This document shows, one piece after another, positions 60,610-64,000 of a stretch of 64,000 bases of DNA; within the stretch, counting starts at the first letter, position 1, and each line of letters begins with the position of its first letter. The stretch is from contig CAVXFS010000004.1 in assembly GCA_963761115.1 (NCBI GenBank), positions 372,023-436,022 of the forward strand, read 5' to 3'. Source of the DNA: an uncultured beta proteobacterium. Its GTDB lineage: Bacteria; Pseudomonadota; Gammaproteobacteria; Burkholderiales; Gallionellaceae. The translations under genes and the position numbers were made by a program. Below the pieces are notes generated by a model, which saw nothing but the letters and a program-made list of their open reading frames with translations, ran no database searches and had not been told where the DNA came from.

Positions 60610-62148
60610 ATGGCTGTCGAAACCGAACTCAAGTTATCCCTTGCTCCCGAGCACCTGAACCGGCTTAAACGCCACCCCCTGATCAAGACCCTGGCCGTTT
60701 CCCGCGCGGCAACACACCGCTTGTGCAGCGTCTATTACGACACCCCCGGCCTGGCGCTGCGTCGCAGCGGCACGGCATTGCGCCTGCGTCATGCGGGCAG
60801 GCACTGGCTGCAAACCGTGAAGGGCGGAGGAAGCGTGCAGGCGGGACTGCACCGGCGCAACGAATGGGAAACGCCGGTGGCAGGCGCGGAACTGGATTAT
60901 CCTGCGCTCAGGGCTTGCGGTGCGCCCGGACTTTCTCCTGCCTTGCTCGGCATGCTGCAACCCGTATTCGTCACCGACTTCTCCCGTAACACGCGCGTGC
61001 TGAAATTCGCCGGGGCTGAAATCGAGATGTCGCTGGACAGCGGAGAGATCCGTGCAGGAAATAACAGCCGCCCGATCTCGGAACTGGAGCTTGAACTCAA
61101 GTCAGGCTCGCCCATGCAGTTGTTCAAGCTCGCGCAGGCGCTGCTCGATATCGTGCCGCTGCAAGTCGAGCATGCCAGCAAGGCTGAATATGGCTACCAG
61201 CTGTCCGGAGGGGAAAAACCGGCGCCGGTAAAGGCCAGCTTCCCTGTATTGGCCGGCACGCAAAGCATCGCTTCCGCCTTGCATGACATGATCACATGCT
61301 GCCTGCAGCATGTGCAGGGCAACGTGCCGGGCGCGATCAGCAATGAGGACGAGGAATACCTGCACCAGGTGCGCGTCGGCCTGCGCCGCCTGCGCGTGGT
61401 GATGGCAATGGCGGAAGGGTTCAGGGATGACGTTGAACTGGGCGCGTTGCGCCAGCAGGTCGCGGCCATGTGTATCGACTTCGGCCGCCTGCGCGAGTGG
61501 GATGTATTCGTCACACAGACCCTGGCGCCAGCATGTTCCCGCCTGCCCCATCATGCCGGTTTGCGCAGGCTGCTCAGCGCGGGCGAGAAACAGCGCGCGC
61601 AGCATCGTGCCGAAATGGTGCGCGCCTTGCAGTCATCCGCGTACCAGCGATTTGTGCTGCGTTTCGGCGCATGGCTGAACGGCGGCTACTGGCGCAAGCA
61701 TCCAGCAGCAGGCGACGCCAGCCTGACCGGGTTTGCCGTGAATATCCTGGAGCATGGCAACAGGCGGGTGCTCAAGCGCGGGCAGCAACTGGACGATCCG
61801 TCCATAGCTCCGCAGGACAGCACATCCGCATCGGCGAGAGCAGCGCGGCTGCATGCGTTGCGCATCGCCTGCAAGAAGCTGCGGTACAGCGCGGAGATGT
61901 TCGGTTCGCTGTTCGCCACAAGCAGGACCGGTCGTTACATAGCGTCGCTCTCCGGGTTGCAGGACATCCTCGGCGCTTTGAACGATATTGCCGTGGCGCG
62001 TCGCCTGCTCGACGAAACGGAAAACCCGAAGCTGCACCAGGCCATTGATCTCGCCCGTGGCTGGATCGAACACGATCATGCTGAAATGATGAGCCGGCTG
62101 GACAAGGCGTGGAAGCGGTTTGCCAGGCAGAAAGGATTCTGGGTTTGA
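60610..62148 (+). CDS. CYTH and CHAD domain-containing protein (triphosphatase-like)
   Basis: The CYTH ExExK motif is in MAVETELKLSL, with LELELK later. The C-terminal helical CHAD region carries conserved HQVRVGLRRLR and KKLRYSAE. Confidence 0.82.
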   Translation: MAVETELKLSLAPEHLNRLKRHPLIKTLAVSRAATHRLCSVYYDTPGLALRRSGTALRLRHAGRHWLQTVKGGGSVQAGLHRRNEWETPVAGAELDYPALRACGAPGLSPALLGMLQPVFVTDFSRNTRVLKFAGAEIEMSLDSGEIRAGNNSRPISELELELKSGSPMQLFKLAQALLDIVPLQVEHASKAEYGYQLSGGEKPAPVKASFPVLAGTQSIASALHDMITCCLQHVQGNVPGAISNEDEEYLHQVRVGLRRLRVVMAMAEGFRDDVELGALRQQVAAMCIDFGRLREWDVFVTQTLAPACSRLPHHAGLRRLLSAGEKQRAQHRAEMVRALQSSAYQRFVLRFGAWLNGGYWRKHPAAGDASLTGFAVNILEHGNRRVLKRGQQLDDPSIAPQDSTSASARAARLHALRIACKKLRYSAEMFGSLFATSRTGRYIASLSGLQDILGALNDIAVARRLLDETENPKLHQAIDLARGWIEHDHAEMMSRLDKAWKRFARQKGFWV

Positions 62149-62459
62149 TCGGCATGGCCCGGACCGACCGATGCGCAATTTCATTTGACCCGGCCAGCAA
62201 TGATGCGAGTTAGGTTAAATATTGCGTATGGCGGAATTATTTATTGCTATTGCAAACTGAAGTTAGCAAAATAGCACTCGCCGGCAGGAGAAGCGCATAT
62301 ACCCTGCCAGCCTGATTCGCAATGGCACCACTACTTGGAGACGAACGGAAATGACGGGCATCATCGGTCGATACAGGAGCGCAAGGCAGTCCTGCTGTCG
62401 CCCGGTAGCGAATGCAACATCCGCTGTCCATACCGTTCCTGCCTGTTCCCGCTTGTGAC

Positions 62460-64000
62460 ATGAATCCGAACTTCGATCACCTGGTGCACGATATCCTGGA
62501 TTTCCTCGGCCTGTCGGCCAGGGAGTCGCCTGCTGCTGTACAGCATGGCGGCAGGGAAACTCATTTCATGGAGATCCACCGCCGCGTCTGGATGTATCTG
62601 CGGGCCTTGTGGAACGTCGATTTCATCATCAAGCAGACTGACCTTGCGCTGGCGCAGGATGAAGACATGAATCCATTCATCGAGGATTCCTGCATCTACC
62701 TGCCGAGTGCTTTTTGCGATTTCACCGCGGAGGGTACCAGGCCTGTCAGCGGCCTGGAGGTTTATCGGGCCGCTGCCGTACATGCTTCGGCACACATCGT
62801 TTATTCGCGAAACATTTTTCCGGCTCATTCATTCGACAAATGGCAGGCCGCCGTGATCTCGGCGATCGAGGATGCGCGGGTGGAAGCCTTGGCTATCCGG
62901 AAATTCCCCGGCCTGCAGCGTCTCTGGGCCAGGCAACACAAGGCCACACCGAACGACAACAGGAGTGCCGGGGATTACCTCGATCGCCTTGCGCGGACAT
63001 TGCTGGACCGGACATACCGGGATGACGATCCCTGGATCAGCAAGGGACGGACGCTGTTCGATGCCGCCGACAATCTTGATGACAATTATGTATCGCGCGA
63101 CATCGGCCTGAAACTTGCGGATTTGTTCCGGGAAAAGAAAATCAGCTTCGATCTCCGCGCCGACACGCTGAGCGCTCCCTATCGAGACGACAACCGCTGT
63201 TTGTGGAAACGCCCCGGACAGCCGCTGGAAGTAATCAATCCATTTATCAAGTCCAGGACCTGGGCCAGGGTCAGCGATCTGGGCAAGGTCCTGAAGCACA
63301 AGCGGCTGACCCATATCGAGGAAAGCGAAAAGGCGGTGCTGGCGACCTACTATTACCCGGAATGGAACTATCGTAGCCGCAGCCTGGACCAGTCCTGGGT
63401 GACGCTGCGGGAAATAACTCCCCTGTTCGGCGATGCAAGGCTGGTTGACCGGATCGTCGCGGAAAACCATTACCTGCTGGCGCGCATGAAAAAGCTGCTC
63501 CAGGCCATCCGCGACGGGGCGGTCCATCGCTTGCGGAAACTCGAGGAGGGAGACGAGCTTGACATCAATGATGCGATCCGCACCCAGGTCAGTATCAGGT
63601 TGCGTATGCCGCCAAATAGCCGTGTCATGATGCGTACGGTGCGCAAAACGCGCGACATCTCGGTGCTGCTGCTGCTGGACCTGTCCAATTCGATGAATAA
63701 CCCGGTCAAGGGCCGCGGGTATACCGCGATGCAACTTACCCAGCAGGCCAGTGCCTTGTTTGCCGACGCCCTGGGAGCAGTCGGCGATACTTTCGCTATC
63801 CACGGTTTCTGTTCCGAAAACCGGCACAATGTCGAATATTTTCGGCTGAAGGACTTCGGGCAGCCATACGATGATGTCGTGAAGTCCAGGATCGCCGGTT
63901 TGACAGGTCAGCTCAGCACCCGCATGGGCGCGGCGATACGCCATGCCACCTCGTGTCTAAACAGTCACAAGTCGGGCAAGAAGTTGTTGATCCTGATGTC
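62460..64000 (+). CDS. NorD/CbbO-like VWA-domain activation protein (3' partial, runs off the window)
   Basis: My own translation of the + strand from ATG at 62460 is open to the window end. It reads MNPNFDHLVHD...CIYLPSAF...YRAAAVHASAHIVYS...ISAIEDARVEALAIRKFPGLQRLW...VLLLLDLSNSM (VWA MIDAS)...FAIHGFCS...TRMGAAIRHA. The gene is absent from the ORF track because it has no stop in the window. An alternative start is ATG at 62412. Confidence 0.75.
   Translation, partial: MNPNFDHLVHDILDFLGLSARESPAAVQHGGRETHFMEIHRRVWMYLRALWNVDFIIKQTDLALAQDEDMNPFIEDSCIYLPSAFCDFTAEGTRPVSGLEVYRAAAVHASAHIVYSRNIFPAHSFDKWQAAVISAIEDARVEALAIRKFPGLQRLWARQHKATPNDNRSAGDYLDRLARTLLDRTYRDDDPWISKGRTLFDAADNLDDNYVSRDIGLKLADLFREKKISFDLRADTLSAPYRDDNRCLWKRPGQPLEVINPFIKSRTWARVSDLGKVLKHKRLTHIEESEKAVLATYYYPEWNYRSRSLDQSWVTLREITPLFGDARLVDRIVAENHYLLARMKKLLQAIRDGAVHRLRKLEEGDELDINDAIRTQVSIRLRMPPNSRVMMRTVRKTRDISVLLLLDLSNSMNNPVKGRGYTAMQLTQQASALFADALGAVGDTFAIHGFCSENRHNVEYFRLKDFGQPYDDVVKSRIAGLTGQLSTRMGAAIRHATSCLNSHKSGKKLLILM

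Noticed and set aside
62323-62340. A sigma54-like promoter TGGCAC-N6-TTGGA upstream of the NorD-like gene.
   Set aside because: The -12 element has GG instead of the critical GC and the spacing is one off. It is too weak to call without a start-site map.
62361-63944. Two minus-strand ORFs (155 aa and 371 aa) are the only long ORFs the track lists for this region.
   Set aside because: The + strand translation shows NorD/CbbO and VWA motifs and is open to the window end. The minus-strand ORFs are shadows of it.

Overview
This is a 64-kb chromosomal window from a GC-rich proteobacterium. Gene order follows the classic beta/gamma-proteobacterial housekeeping backbone: acpP-fabF-pabC-mltG-tmk-holB-tatD, gloB-methyltransferase-rnhA-dnaQ, trpF-trpB-trpA-accD-folC-SPOR-cvpA-purF, and mutL...miaA. 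I can support about 50 protein-coding genes and found no rRNA, tRNA or CRISPR.

Accessory content:
(i) A type I secretion island at 35.0-46.6 kb. It holds an ABC exporter with a C39-like domain, a HlyD adaptor, an atypical LuxR regulator with a degenerate receiver domain, and a LapA-like RTX adhesin of about 2,377 codons. The adhesin is built from 7+7 near-identical Calx-beta-type repeats, a VWA domain and RTX repeats.
(ii) A REP-associated tyrosine transposase (RAYT) locus at 18.15-19.73 kb, bounded by 37-bp inverted REPs and carrying a passenger ORF.
(iii) At least five different short-repeat families: structured ~124-bp modules (including a tandem array), G-rich heptamer microsatellites, long TAGTCGT palindromes, GTTGGGC hairpins, and RAYT-linked REPs. 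One palindromic copy lies inside the mutL coding sequence.

Three c-di-GMP signalling genes are present. One has a degenerate active site but an intact I-site.

The most unusual global property is that at least 15 single-base indels interrupt 10-11 otherwise well-conserved genes. Seven of them fall in the contiguous miaA-MFS-mutL block, several sit at short homopolymers, and every obviously essential gene is intact. This is either local sequencing/assembly error or genuine decay of a mismatch-repair operon.

A NorD/CbbO-like VWA gene runs off the right edge and is missing from the supplied ORF track. I did not find a self-evident new defence or mobile system, and the findings are scored accordingly.
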